A program made the translations under genes and the position numbers. Positions 12,711 through 25,978 of a DNA stretch of 64,000 nucleotides are shown in pieces (position 1 is the first letter of the stretch; each line of letters starts with the position of its first letter). The stretch is taken from positions 5,270,001 through 5,334,000 of the forward strand of contig NC_043005.1 of assembly GCF_006345805.1 (NCBI RefSeq). The letters run 5' to 3'. Source of the stretch: Octopus sinensis (taxonomy: Eukaryota). The notes under the pieces were generated by a model, which was given only the letters and a program-made list of their open reading frames with translations, ran no database searches and was not told the origin of the DNA.

Positions 12711-15124
12711 TGTCTGTCTCAATAGAATACATTTTGCTATGTTGTATAAACTTTATTGAATAGTTTCACATGACTCACTTAAGAAACTATCCCTTCTTGA
12801 TGACTAGTATTTCTCAAAGTGGTGTGGTGCATACACACCCTTTGGTGGGTCATGGCAGTATTTTGGTGTGGTGTGGAACTTTTGAGTGGGCTGTAGGTAG
12901 GTAACAAGTGAATAAATCTGGCAAGAAGAGTGTTTCATTATGTATGTGTACACACACACACACACACACACACATTTGTATGTATGTATATACCTATGTA
13001 TATGTACATACCAGATCTCCAACCTGAGAATAACTTCCTCTCGTCTCATCAGTCTCAGAGGCTCCAAAGAGAAACATGGGAGGTACCCTTCCTCTTTTGA
13101 CTGAGTCATTTAAAAAATTATAAAATGTGTCTGGTAGATGTGTGTCATCACCATCATCATCATCATCCTTTTCCTCTTCCATCTCCTCGTCATCATCATT
13201 TGACATCCATGTTCTATGCTGGTATGGGTTGGATGACTTGACAGAATCTGATGAGTCCAAGGATTGCATCACATTCCAATGTTTGCTTTGATATGGTTTC
13301 TACTGTTGGATGCCTTTCCTAATTCTAATCACTTTGCAGTGTATACTCCCTGCTTTTTATTTCATGGCACCAGCACTAGAGAGAGGCAACTTTATGCGAG
13401 AAGATAAGGGATTGAAGTATGAGGGAAGAGCCCTTGAGCTGGACAGGCTTCTTGTTGTAAAGGAGCTACATGGCTACTCACATTATAGAAGAAAGAGTGT
13501 GGCCAAGGTAGAAGGGGAGTAGAAGTGAGTGGGGACAAGGGTAACAGAAGTGTGGGTGGATGGGTTTTGCAAGAATGTAATTAGCTTTGGAAGATGGATA
13601 TAGTGGATGGTGGACAAGGGGTAGAGGATGACTAATGATGAATGATGCATGAGTTGGGAGAGTAGGAGATGACTGGCAGTGCTGAAGAAAGGATTAGAGA
13701 GCAACAGAATAGTAATGGTGATGCAGTGAACAGGAGAAGAACAAGAGAGAGAGGTGATAGCTGATTGGGCAAGTTGCAGGAATGTGTGTGTGTGTGTGTA
13801 TCATCATCATCATTATCATTATTATCATCACCATCGTTTAACGTCTGTTTTTCATGCTGGCATGGGTTTGATGGTTTAACATGAAGCTGGCCAGCTGGGG
13901 AGCTGATATATATGTATATATGCTGTGTGGTTAAGAAGTTTACTTCCTACCTACATAGTTTCACTTCCATTTTCATTGAGTGACACCTTGAGTATGGGAC
14001 TTTTACTGTAGCTTCTGCCTAATCAAAGCCTTGTGGATGGATTTGGTTGATAAAAACTGAAAGAAGCCCATTTTGTGTGTGTGTGTGTGTGTGCATGGTT
14101 CCTTATCTTGACATTGTGTTATAGATGCAAACAAACGTCACCATCATACAAGTGATGTTCACTTCCAGTCATCTGAAGTAAGAATGTTTGGCTAAAGAGA
14201 AACATTATCTTGCTTGGAACTAGGTCAGGCTTGGCAACATGAAGGGCACTCAGCCAGAAAAAAAAAGGTGCCTCAACAGATTTTGTCTCACTCATACCAA
14301 CATGGCAAAATGGACATTAAAAAATTGATGATGATGATGAAAATGTGTTGGTACAAAGTAAAAAGCACCCAGTACCCTCTGTAAAGTGGTTGGCATTATG
14401 AAGGGAATCCAGTCCTAGAATCCATGCCAAAACAGACAATTGGAACCTGGTGTAGCTCTCTGGCTGGCCAGTTCATGCCAGTATGGAAAATGGATGTTAA
14501 ATGATGATGATGATGAAGGCGACAACGTGGTGGTGGTACTATAATGGCTTCTGCTTCCATGAAGCTGGCTGGTGTCATGCCTCAGTTGTTTAGGTACCCA
14601 CAGTCCACTCATCTCTCCATCTCTCATCACACTCACTGCATCTAACTCCCCTCCCAATTTTCCCTACACTAAACACTATACCCAATCCTTCCTCCTAAAA
14701 CATCATTCTTCTTGAATCCTCTCCCAGCTCATGTCTTTCCTGCAGGTGTTGGCCTTCCACAGTTTAAACAAGACATTAACGTCATCAACCTTACTAATTT
14801 CAGAGAGATTATTAGGGTCAAAGGTCATGGGTCTCTGTCCCTTCTTTTAGTAGTAGTAGGAGGTCTGTTTTGAGCTCTAAAGATTTATCAGGCTGGTTAC
14901 TTGGTTTCCATGGCATATACCTTATTTTCCAGCAGACAAATCAACATAGTATATAGTGTAACCATGCAGTGCTAACATTCAAACATTGTCCCTATCTTTT
15001 CAAATCCTGCTGCATTTCACATGGAATTTCTGGTCCTCTAAAGTCATCTTGATTTATACGTTGACCTGTTTTGAGCTATAAATTTTGGTCTACAAAATTT
15101 GAATTGTATCCCAGACATTCAACC

Positions 15125-15560
15125 CTTAACCCCGTAGTATTCAGGTTAAGCTGTCAAATGTGGTCCTTATTTATTCACATTGCTTTGAATTTGTCATGCA
15201 TTATTTTGTAGCTTGAAAGGCAGCGAGCTGGCAGAAACGTTAGCATGCTGGAAAATGCTTAGCAGTATTTGGTTTGTCTTTATGTTCCGAGTTCAAATTC
15301 CGCCGAGGTCAACTTTACCTTTGATCCTTTCAGGGTTGATAAATTAAGTACCAGTTGCATACTAGGGTCAATCTAATTGACTGCCCACTCCTCTCCCAAA
15401 ATTTTGGGCCTTGTGCCTAGAGTCTTGTAGCTTCAAGATTTCAATGATGTGATTGTTTATTTTTAGAATGATTTTGTAGGGTAGGTGTGAGAGACAGGAT
15501 CTGACCAATTTGAACATAAAACAAGCAGGATATTTAGGCCGGATTTGCTAAAAGGATTGA
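15125..15560 (+). mobile_element. MITE family M2 (TTAA-CCC ends) with SINE A inserted
   Basis: Starts ttaaccccgtagtattcagg and ends gctaaaaggatt. The SINE at ~15217-15424 is flanked by the direct repeat ttgtagctt (15206-15214, 15425-15433). Confidence 0.75.
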
Positions 15561-16649
15561 AATGAGTGCCAGTTGATCACAGGGTCACCAATTTACAACT
15601 GAGCAAGCTGGGGCTGTGTAAAAGTGTTTTACTCAAGAACACAATACATTACCTGGTCCAGGAATTGAAACTGTGATCTAATGGTCACGAGTACAACACC
15701 CTAACCACTAGGCTACATGGCTTCATCCCCTTCCTCGAGACTCAACAAGTGAACACAAAAAAGAAAACAAAAACAAAGCAATTAATTTCAATTTCCTACA
15801 ATTTCAAGGTGGTCTTTACTGCCTTTTTTTTATCTTCTTTTATTTGTGTTAATAATTTAGAAAATGATTATCCTTGTTACTAAAGATGTAATTTAGTTTA
15901 ATTAAAACTTTTTGACTTTGCTACATCAAATATGTTAACACCCACTTTCCCATTATGTTCTTAGAGGGTGTTAAGTGTGTGCGTGTCTGCTTGTATATGT
16001 GTGTACATGTACAAGCCGTACATGTATGTGTGTACCTGTATGTATATGTGCATGTATGTTTGTGAGTGTGTGTGTTTGTTATGTGTTGTGTGTGTGTGTG
16101 TATGGGTATGTATACATGTGTATTTGTGTATGTATATGTGGGCATGCATGTGCATATTGTTTGTGTGTAGGTATATATATATGTGTGTGTGTGTGTGTGT
16201 ATTTGTGTGTATGAGAATGTGTCTACTTTCTGTCAAGTCTTCACCCTAAGACTTTGTGTTACTTTTTTTTGGCTCCAGGGCCTTCTCCCTCTCTCCATTG
16301 TAGATTAAACTTACAATATTACACTAGCTTAAATGTCATTATATTATATCCTGACTACCTTATGGTAATATTGCCCGACTCCACCATTCACAGCGTACAT
16401 TCCATGCATACTCTCAATTTCTTTATTCTTAACACTATCTCAACAGTTTTATTTCCTGCGGAATTCCAAAAATCTTCTCATTACAATACTACAAAATATA
16501 TATTTTTGCTAAGCTCTCACAATGCATCAACTCTATATGTTTTATAGTGAGATTATTACAGTTATCCAGTTATTTTTAACCAACAACAACTTTACACTGG
16601 GCAGAAATATTTTACAAAGTTTATTTAGAAATTGACTTCAAGTTGCAGA

Positions 16650-17040
16650 TATGGCTGTGTGGTAAGAAGTTTGGTTCACAACTGCATGGTTCTGGGTTCA
16701 GTCCACTGCATGGCAACTTGGGCAAGTGTTTTCTACCATAGCCTTGGGCTGACCAATGTCTTGTGAGTCAATCTGGTATAGATGGAAACTGAGAGAAGCC
16801 CATCATGTATGTGTGTGTGTGTGTTTATATCTTTGTGTGTCCCCCACTACTGCTTGAAAACTGCTGTAGGCGTGTTTACATCCCTGTAACTTAGTAGTTT
16901 GACAAAAGAGACTGAAAGAATAGGTATCAGGCCTAAAAATATAAGTTCTGGGGTCAATTCATTCAGCTAAAAATTTGCCAAGGCAGTGCTCCAGTATGGT
17001 TGCAGTCTAATTAATGACTGAAACAAGTAAAAGGCAAAAA
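16650..17040 (+). mobile_element. Near full-length SINE (head B, internal (GT)n, tail B)
   Basis: atggctgtgtggtaagaag...gggttcagtcc...ttgggcaagtg...gactgaaacaagtaaaag. Confidence 0.8.
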
Positions 17041-18119
17041 GCTTAGAAATAAATCACTGGAAATAAAACAAAAATGGTTTCAAAGAATGACTATGTTCGC
17101 GGGCACACACACACACACACACACACCCTCTCTCTCTCTCTCTCTCTAAAAGCTCTTATAACCTGTACTAAATTACGAGCAGGAACTTCAAATTCCCATG
17201 TCTACTAGACTAGTTTATTGGTACTTTGCTCAGTATAGTATTATAGTATTAATAAAGTTGTATTATTTATGTTTGTATTCCATTTAAGTAAATTTAATGT
17301 TTGTTTAATTTAGAGTAGGTTGGCCCTGGTTCAAAAAATATCAGTAATCCAGAATGGCTTTGGCAACAGAGATTCCAAAAAATTGTTCGTGTACTAATAT
17401 ATACATAGTTCCGTCTGATTGGTTCCTGTGCCAGTGGTACGTAAAAAGTGCCATTCAAGCATGGTCAATGCCTATGCCAGCTGGATGGTCCTATGCAGGT
17501 GACATTTAAAAAGCACTGGCTCCTGTTTAAAGCAGTGTGTGAATCTTATGAAGAGTAACATTTAATACAATTAAGATCATCATTATAATGAATTGAGCAT
17601 ATCTATTTTATTAGTAACAATTGTTTCTGTATTGCTTTGTTGCCATTGCCTGTGTATGATTTCATGTGAAATGTTACCAAATAATTGCAGTTGATTATTT
17701 TGGAGGCTGAATTTGCCTCCAATGCATCTATGGATGTTTAAACCAAACAGGAACTGAGTCAAATTATATATATATATATGTATATACACGTATATTCTGT
17801 TTGAGATGCAATTTACTTAATGAGTTTAATACACTTGCTGTATGGTTTGAAAAATGGCTTACATAATTTTCTTAGTTTATTTAAAATTCTTTAGAAACTG
17901 TAATCTAGATATTACTTTTTAGTACAATTTTAAGGTTGCAAACTTTTTAAATGCAACTTTGGATCTCAAATCAGGGCTATTTTACCCCTATCACAAACCA
18001 GTTGAGACCATGACTTATGTAAGCCACTTCTCAAATCAACATCTCCTGAGTGTAATAAACTCCAGTGTAAATGGCATCTCAAATTGAATATCACATCTGT
18101 TATTGAGGTTAGCTTTGAC

Positions 18120-18155
<36 letters not shown>

Positions 18156-18789
18156 GTTGTTGTTGTTGTTTAGCCCCAGGTTCGCCCTAACTGAGCAGAA
18201 CTGTGGTTAAAGACATTTCACTACTGTTTAACCCATCTTTTTTTTTTCTTACCTCAAGTATAAGGCATCCAAGTCCACACCATCTAATGTGTGCCTCTTG
18301 TTTTGAAAAATAACTGCCATTACTAGCATATAAGTATTGTTTGGTTCAGGTTAGCTCTGATCAAGCATATCTATGATCAAAGGCAATCCAACCATGACTA
18401 TTTAGGCATTGTGCATCAAGGACTTCATTAGGCAGTGTCTCTTTCTATTTTGAAATGTCAGGGTATAATATTAAGGAGATCTGACTGCTATTTTTAGCAG
18501 GTCGATAGACCACATAGCAACTTCCTCGTTGTTGCAGTGACAAAAGGGATGGGTGGGTGGGTGATATTGTTTTGAAGGGGAAAAACAAACTTGATAAGTA
18601 AAGTCTTCGTGTAAACATCAATAACTAAAATAAATTTACGTTTTTAAACATTTCTATTTAAAAATTATGATTCATAGATTGTGAAGTTTTGTTTTGGAAA
18701 TTTGAATTCTGCACCTGTTTACATAGAGTAGCTTCTTCCTTCTTCCTCCTCCTCCTTCTTCTTCTTCTTCTTCTTCTTTTAGTTAACCT

Positions 18790-18975
18790 TCAGTAACCGG
18801 CAATCCTTCGATATAGGTACGCAACATCATTCACCCACACAACCTTTCCTCATGACATAGATAAAGAGACGACGCTGAACAAGAGGGTGGATGATGTCTC
18901 CTCAAACCGACACTCTGTAGACCGATACCGAAGGAACGCCCAGTAATGTTCGCAAAACTAAGTGAAATTTCGTAC
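18790..18975. other. CpG-retaining unique segment, possibly an exon or regulatory element
   Basis: About 12 CpGs in ~190 bp, next to a (CTT)n tract, in otherwise CpG-depleted DNA. No convincing reading frame. Confidence 0.35.
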
Positions 18976-20679
18976 CCAAAACTAATCTTTCGTTTCTATT
19001 TATATTTATTTCTACGCATGTTTCCTAATTAACTTAATTAATAACATAAGGCCCCCACAGCCTCAGCAGCAGCAGCAGTACTATTTCTCCTGATTAGCCT
19101 AAAACTCTCTGTAAACAAGCTAAAGTAACAACGATGTCTCTGTTGAAAATAATTGTGAAATATAATATAAATAAATAACAGGAAAAATTGATGTTAAAAT
19201 TATTTGGGTAATTGAAGCTATAATCAAGTTTATGACATTTCGGGGACTAATTAACTTTTATAGTTGTTTTCCCTCGTCTGTTAAAGAGATTGACAAAGAA
19301 AATTTTACAAGTGTCCATACATTCGTAAATGGCTGAGACACGTTTGCCTTGAGAGCCATTGGAATGGATTCTTTCTTGATCTCAATATATTTTGCAGTTG
19401 GGAAATAACATTGGCAGGTTTCATTGAGTACAGAGAAAATTGTAGTTTAGACCATGGAATATTTTTATTTTATTTTATTAAATAGGCAATAAATAGCAGA
19501 AATTTTTTTCTGAGAAAAAACATCGGTGGAGTTTGAGAATAGTTAAAATTAATAAACTTGTGTGTTTCTTTACTTTTTGTGTTGCATAGAAAAAAAGAGA
19601 AAGATAAAAAAAATGATTTTACAGAATGGTGAAAGTGTGAAAAACAGACTAAAATATATGTTTATCGTGAAAAGTACACAGGAAGAGGAGGGTGGGGTTA
19701 AGAACATGTTTTAAAATGCGAATTACAAGTGGAATACAATAAAAATGTAAAATAATGAAAAAGAAAAAAATGTGGAAGTTATTGTGGAGGCACGAAGGAC
19801 TTGGTGGTGGTGGGGGTAACGTTTAAAAAACATGGATTTTGAAAAAAATTTTAAAGAGAAGATGAGATATACAATTGTTTTGCAATCTTTGATACTACGA
19901 GATGCCGAAAAATTCTGAAAACGCTCAAGAAATTCATTTTACTCGCGACACTTATTCATAGAGACGGGAAAAAAGGCAATTGAATTGGATCTCTTTCTCT
20001 CCTTTCTGTTTTTTTATTTTCGTTCTCACTGTATTCTTGAATTTCATACAATAGGAATTACGATTCTAAATCAATCAATCAATCAATTTCTTTTAACCAA
20101 AAAAATTTTAATTTTTGACACCAATTTGTCCCCTTTTTTCCCCTACTCTCCACAAAGTAATGATAACTATTCCCCAAACTCCGCCAAACTATCACCCTCT
20201 GTCTACCTTTTCTCCAGAAAGGAGATGATAATGCGGGAAAAAAAATATTGGACTTTTTTTTCGCATCTAGACACGACCAAAAGCAAGTAATAATAATATA
20301 AATGGTTTCTGCTACAGGCACAAGGCCTGAATTTTTTTTTTTTTTTGGTGGGTTGGTGGGGAGCTGGTCGATTCCATCGACTCCAGTAACGCAACTGGTA
20401 CTTATTTCATCGACCCTGAAAAGACGAAAGGCAAATTCGACTTTTGTAGAATTTGAACTCAGAACCTAAAGCCGGAAAAATTGCCCCTAAGCATTTTGTC
20501 CGGCGCAGTTCTAGCTTGAATAAAATGAGTGACAATCAAAGGCAAGAGTCTTGTCCAGGGCCTGACATTAGCAATTAACATGTGTTTAATTACAGTTTAT
20601 TTACAGACACACCTCGCATAGGGGAGAACAGTCAGTGTGCATTAGGGAAGAAGGTAGAGAGGGGAATTGGAATGATAGA

Positions 20680-20900
20680 GCGGCATAACCAACAGCCGAG
20701 CGCGAGTTCGGTCCTTCTTGAAACTTGTCGATCATTCGAAAAAAATTGTTTTCACCCAAGAAGTAAAAGAAGCTAATCTCTTTGATGTCGACTGCTCGCC
20801 GCCAGCTTTCGCTGCCATCAATCATCCAATGAATGTGTGTACGGCTATCAGTGACGTCATCACAAGCCGCTGATTTCAACCAATCGCTGACAACTTCGTC
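20680..20900 (+). promoter_or_regulatory. CpG-rich Pol II promoter with CCAAT (20826-20830), perfect CRE TGACGTCA (20852-20859) and CCAAT (20880-20884)
   Basis: Motifs read directly from the sequence. High CpG density over ~20.68-21.30 kb, in repeat-free sequence followed by a consensus splice donor. Confidence 0.7.
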
Positions 20901-21264
20901 GCCTTCCCCTCTCAGGGCGAGCGAGTGCAATCATGGCATCTCTCTCTGATTGTTGAACATTATTTAACAAGTCGGGGCATTTCCGCATCAATCTCTTGCT
21001 CCGAGTTCGTTAACCGGCGTGACCAGAAAGCGAGCAGATCGCCCAACGACCAGCTCGACAGCTTTTCATTGTCAGCCAGACACTTTGCCTATCATTATTA
21101 CGAGTACTAATATTATTATTATTACTATTGTTATTAATTTAATTATCTATTTACGTCGGGCAGCCAGAACTCGCTCGCTCTCTCTCTGCCGACCTCTTCT
21201 ACTTATTCGGGGCGGCTTTTTCTTTTTCTTTCTATCCGTTTGATGGAGTTTACGACGTGGATAT

Positions 21265-21326
21265 ATGCCAACGACGCACTACCAACAGCACGTGTTTGAC
21301 ACATCCATTTATTCCTTACAAAAAAA
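21265..21326 (+). CDS. Candidate first coding exon MPTTHYQQHVFDTSIYSLQK (phase 2 end); may instead be 5' UTR
   Basis: ATG at 21265, open to the donor AA|GTAAGT at 21327, downstream of the promoter. An overlapping upstream ORF starts at 21243 (MEFTTWIYANDALPTARV*). Protein not recognised. Confidence 0.4.
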
Positions 21327-21704
21327 GTAAGTAGACTTCTTTCTTCCACTTCAGATTCAATTTACAGCTGAAATATCTTTAACAGAACTCAGGGAACAAC
21401 GTCTGTAATTTATTATTTACTTTACTATCTCCATCCACAATTCCATGAGTGTGTGTGTGTGGCTGTACATATGATACATACATACATAGTATACTATATT
21501 GAGCATAATAAATAATGTAATATACGATCAAGCACCTACACACACAGATACACACATAGATACACACACAGACACATATAGGCATCAACAATAATTGCTA
21601 CAAAAGACCCGAAAGAAAAGTTGTTTTTCTACACACAAAGAAACAACTATGCGTACTTAAATAAAAAATGTATAGAAATATACAAACACATACACAAAAC
21701 ATAT

Positions 21705-21748
<44 letters not shown>

Positions 21749-21889
21749 CATGTCTGTGTGTGTCTGTGTATTATGTATATGTGTGTGTGTATGTATGTAT
21801 GTTGGTATTATGTATATGTATGTATGTGTGTATGTATATGTGTATATATGTATGTGTGTATATGTATATATGCATATATATATATATAT

Positions 21890-22138
21890 ATAGATGTATA
21901 AGTATATATGCATATATATATATAGATGTATATGTATATATGCATATATATAGAGAGATGTATATGTATATATGCATATATATATATAGAGATGTATATA
22001 TATATATGCATATATATATATAGAGATGTATATGTATATATGCATATATATATATAGAGATGTATATGTATATATGCATATATATATATAGAGATGTATA
22101 TGAATATATGCATATATATAGAGATGTATATGAATATA
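21890..22138. repeat. Compound minisatellite (agagatgtatatgtatatatgcatatatat)n, ~30-36 bp units
   Basis: About 7 visible units running into the assembly gap. Confidence 0.8.
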
Positions 22139-22238
22139 NNNNNNNNNNNNNNNNNNNNNNNNNNNNNNNNNNNNNNNNNNNNNNNNNNNNNNNNNNNNNN
22201 NNNNNNNNNNNNNNNNNNNNNNNNNNNNNNNNNNNNNN
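22139..22238. other. Assembly gap of exactly 100 N
   Basis: Direct count (2+60+38). Exactly 100 N is a common placeholder for a gap of unknown size. Confidence 0.95.
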
Positions 22239-22660
22239 ACTACATATATAGCATACACATACATATATTTACATATATGTACACATATATTACATATCTA
22301 TATACATGTATCCATTTGTTTATAGATATATGTATATTTATGTGTATGTACTTATTCTATTAATTTCTTTTGCTGAACTGCTCAGTTAAGGGGACATAAC
22401 TACACCATTATTGTTTGTAAAACAATGCTGGGGGTCACACACACACACACACACACACATGTATATGACTGTCTTCTTTCAGTCTCCATCTACCAAATCC
22501 ACTCACAAGGCTTTGGTTGGCCTGAGGCTATAGCAGAAGAATCTTGCCCAAGGTGTCATGCAGTTGGAATGAACCTGGAACCATGTGGTTGGCAAACAAT
22601 CTTCTTACCACACAGCCACTCCTGTTCCTATAAAACAATTTTGCGAGACGGATATATATA

Positions 22661-23086
22661 GAGTGGCTGTGTGGTAAGTAGCTTGCTAACCAACCACATT
22701 GTTCCGGGTTCAGTCCCACTGCGTGGCATCTTGGGTAAGTGTCTTCTGCTATAGCCCCGGGCCAACCAAAGCCTTGTGAGTGGATTTGGTAGACGGATAC
22801 TGAACGAAGCCCTGTTGTATATATGTATGTATGTATATATATATATATAGTATATATATATATATATATATATATGTGGCGTGTGTGTTTGTCCCCCTAG
22901 CATTGCTTGACAACCGATACTGGTGTGTTTACGTCCTCGTCACTTAGCGGTTCGGCAAAAGAGACTGATAGAATAAGTACTGGGCTTACAAAGAATAAGT
23001 CCCGGGGTCGATTTACTCAACTAAAGGCGGTGCTCCAGCATGGCCGCAGTCAAATGACTGAAACAAGTAAAATAGTAAAAAAAGAA
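22661..23086 (+). mobile_element. Young full-length SINE (head B + tail B)
   Basis: Retains CpGs (ccgggttcagtcccactgcgtggc, gcggttcggc, ccggggtcgat); internal (TA)n. Confidence 0.85.
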
Positions 23087-23424
23087 TAGTATATACAGAT
23101 ATGTATACCTGTCTGTATATATATTTATTATGGTTGTATTAATGTATGTGTGTGTGTGGTGTATATCATCATCATCATTGTTAGCATCTGCTTTCCATGC
23201 TAGCATGGGTTAGACAGTTCAGCTGGGGTCTGGGGAGCCAGAAGGCTGCACCAGGCCCAGTCTGATCTGGCAATGTTTCTACGGCTGGAGGCCCTTATAT
23301 GCATATGTATTTGTAGATATATATATGTGTGTGTATATATGTACATATGTATATATGTGTGTGTATATATATATATATATGTTTATGTATATATGTCTGA
23401 GTCTATATGTATATGTATATATCT

Positions 23425-23484
<60 letters not shown>

Positions 23485-23792
23485 TTACATGTATATATAT
23501 CTATATGCATTCATGTATATAGCTATGTGTATGTGAGTATGTGCATGTGTGTCTGTGTGTTTAATTTTGTATGTTCATCTGTTCTTGTGTGTTTGTATGT
23601 TTTTCTGTCTATGTGTGTGCATGTCTGCATATATATGTGTGTGTATGTATGTATATGTGTACGTATGTATGTATATGCACACACATATATACATGTATAT
23701 ATGTTGATATATACACACACAGACATACAGACACACATGCATATATATATGTAAATTCAAATGTATATATGTGTATATATATGTGTGTGTGT

Positions 23793-23838
<46 letters not shown>

Positions 23839-24429
23839 TATATATATATATACACACACACATATTTATATATATGTATATATCTATATGTGTGTGTATG
23901 TGTGTGTGGGGAAAGTAACTCTCTTTTCGTGCCTTCTTATTTAACACACACTCATTGGTTTGGTTTCCACTCATTTACTTATTCAATTGTTTTAAAAATT
24001 TTCATTGCATCTTGCAACCCTTAGTATCTTTTAATTTTGGAAAAAAAGTAAATAAGGAAATGAGTGGGAACTGAACTGGGAGAGTGTTAAATAATAAGGC
24101 ACTAAGAGAGAGTGACTTTTCCCAGATAATAAAAGCTGCTTCAACACACCAGCTCACATAAAGAATCTTGCAAGCCAAATCCAAAAATGTAATACACACA
24201 CACACACACACAAAAAAAACAGGAAAAAGAGAACAAGAAAAAAAACAACAGTGATTGGACATGGTACATGTAAAGTATTAATAAGTCGCTCAGAGAAGGA
24301 AAGCAAGAGTGGTGTTTTACATTTTGAGCAAAACTCTTATTCGGAAACAGGAGACATAGCAAAGTCCTAAATAAAACGGAGGAGGAGGAAGAAAATCACC
24401 AACAGCCCATGTGTGGTTACATTTTTGAA

Positions 24430-24900
24430 TTATCTCTTTAACTCTTGAAATTATTTCAGTTTCAAAGCCTGCATTGATGCTGGAACACAACTGTTGGCTG
24501 TACAACACCTTTATTTTATACCTCCTCTCATATGTGGCATTTGATGAATGAGGGGGTTTTGAGTCTGCTGGTCCCAGCTGTTTTCTGCCATGTGGTAGAC
24601 ACATCTGGAACCCTTGACAGGTGGAAATCCAGATTTGGTTTGAAGAAACCCAAAATCTGTGCTATATAGTCCTCTCAGGCATGTTGGAAGGATATTGAAG
24701 AGCTGTGGGCACTTGAAACACAAGTTGTTGCAGTATCTGGTCCTGTATTTTGATGGCAATGCTTGGGTGTTTTGGCATTATGCAGTGACACCTTATTCTG
24801 CTGTTTGTGTAACTTTCAATATTTTGGTCCAAAGTTTGGTCCAAGGTTTTCAGGATTTTCCGGATGTATATCACTGCATATCTTTCCTGCCTTCATTCTG
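24430..24900 (-). mobile_element. CR1/L2-group LINE ORF2 C-terminal remnant
   Basis: Frameshifted pieces MIYIRKILKTLDQTLDQNIESYTNSRIRCHCIMPK / SKYRTRYCNNLCFKCPQLFNILPTCLRGL, matching the terminal G-P-x-L-F-N-x-L-P motif. Confidence 0.75.
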
Positions 24901-25068
24901 AGGAGAAGACTTTTTAACGCTTTCCTAGTAGCTGAAATGTTGCATTCAGATGATTTTCTTTGGATTGCTTAGAGTTCCACCGTTAATTTTATACTGTGTA
25001 TATATGTGTGTGTGTGTGTATGTATATATATATATATATCATATATATTATATGTATTATATATATAT

Positions 25069-25458
25069 ACTCTTTACTCTTTTACTTGTTTCAGTCATTT
25101 GACTGCGGCCATGCTGGAGCACCGCCTTTAGTCAAACAAATCGACCCCGGGACTTATTCTTTGTAAGCCCAGTACTCATTCTATTGGTCTCTTTTGCCGA
25201 ACCGCTAAGTGACGGGGACGTAAACACACCAGCATCGGTTGTCAAGCAATGCTAAGGGGACAAACACAGACACACAAACACACACATACATATATATATA
25301 TACGACAGGTTTCTTTCAGTTTCCGTCTACCAAATCCACTCACAAGGCATTGGTCGGCCCAGGCTATAGCAGAAGACACTTGCCCAAGATGCCACGCAGT
25401 GGGACTGAACCCGGAACCATGTGGTTGGTTAGCAAGCTACTTACCTCACAGCCACTCC
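25069..25458 (-). mobile_element. Young full-length SINE (head B + tail B), inverted relative to 22661-23086
   Basis: Close reverse complement of the 22.7 kb copy, with CpGs retained. Confidence 0.85.
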
Positions 25459-25517
25459 TCTAATATATATATCTATGCTTATATGTGCATGTATACACAC
25501 ACACATACATATATATA

Positions 25518-25550
<33 letters not shown>

Positions 25551-25679
25551 CACAAGAAGAGTTTTTTTTTAACTTTCAGCCTTTCCTAGTAGCTGATATG
25601 TTACATTAAACAATTTTCTTTGTGTAGCTTCGTTGGACTTCTTAGAGTTCCACTGTTAATTTTATACTCTGTGTGTGTT

Positions 25680-25722
<43 letters not shown>

Positions 25723-25785
25723 TTTCGTTTTTGGATTTGGTTTGCAAGATTCTTTATATGGTTCGTGTGTTGAAGCATATTCTGT

Positions 25786-25826
<41 letters not shown>

Positions 25827-25947
25827 CACAGACACATTTATATATATACACACACATATGTATATACATATATATATGTATATTATATATATAGATATAC
25901 ATATATGTATATATATACATACATATATGTATATATATATGTATATG

Positions 25948-25978
<31 letters not shown>

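Noticed and set aside
14990-18830. Assembled minus-strand mini-gene MMLRTYIEGLPVTE-GNKTVEIVLRIKKLR-LKTGQRINQDDFRGPEIPCEMQQDLKR*
   Set aside because: Phases can be made to fit, but the splice sites are weak and such short frames arise by chance.
18781-18945. Minus-strand frame with two in-frame TGA near cysteines (GCVGE*CCVP), suggesting a selenoprotein
   Set aside because: No start or splice context, no SECIS identified and no recognisable family; chance is more likely.
20601-21243. ORFs across the promoter (20601-20930 -, 20925-21110 +, 21019-21243 +)
   Set aside because: Higher GC content lowers stop frequency, they use non-ATG or poor starts, and they overlap transcription-factor motifs and the leader.
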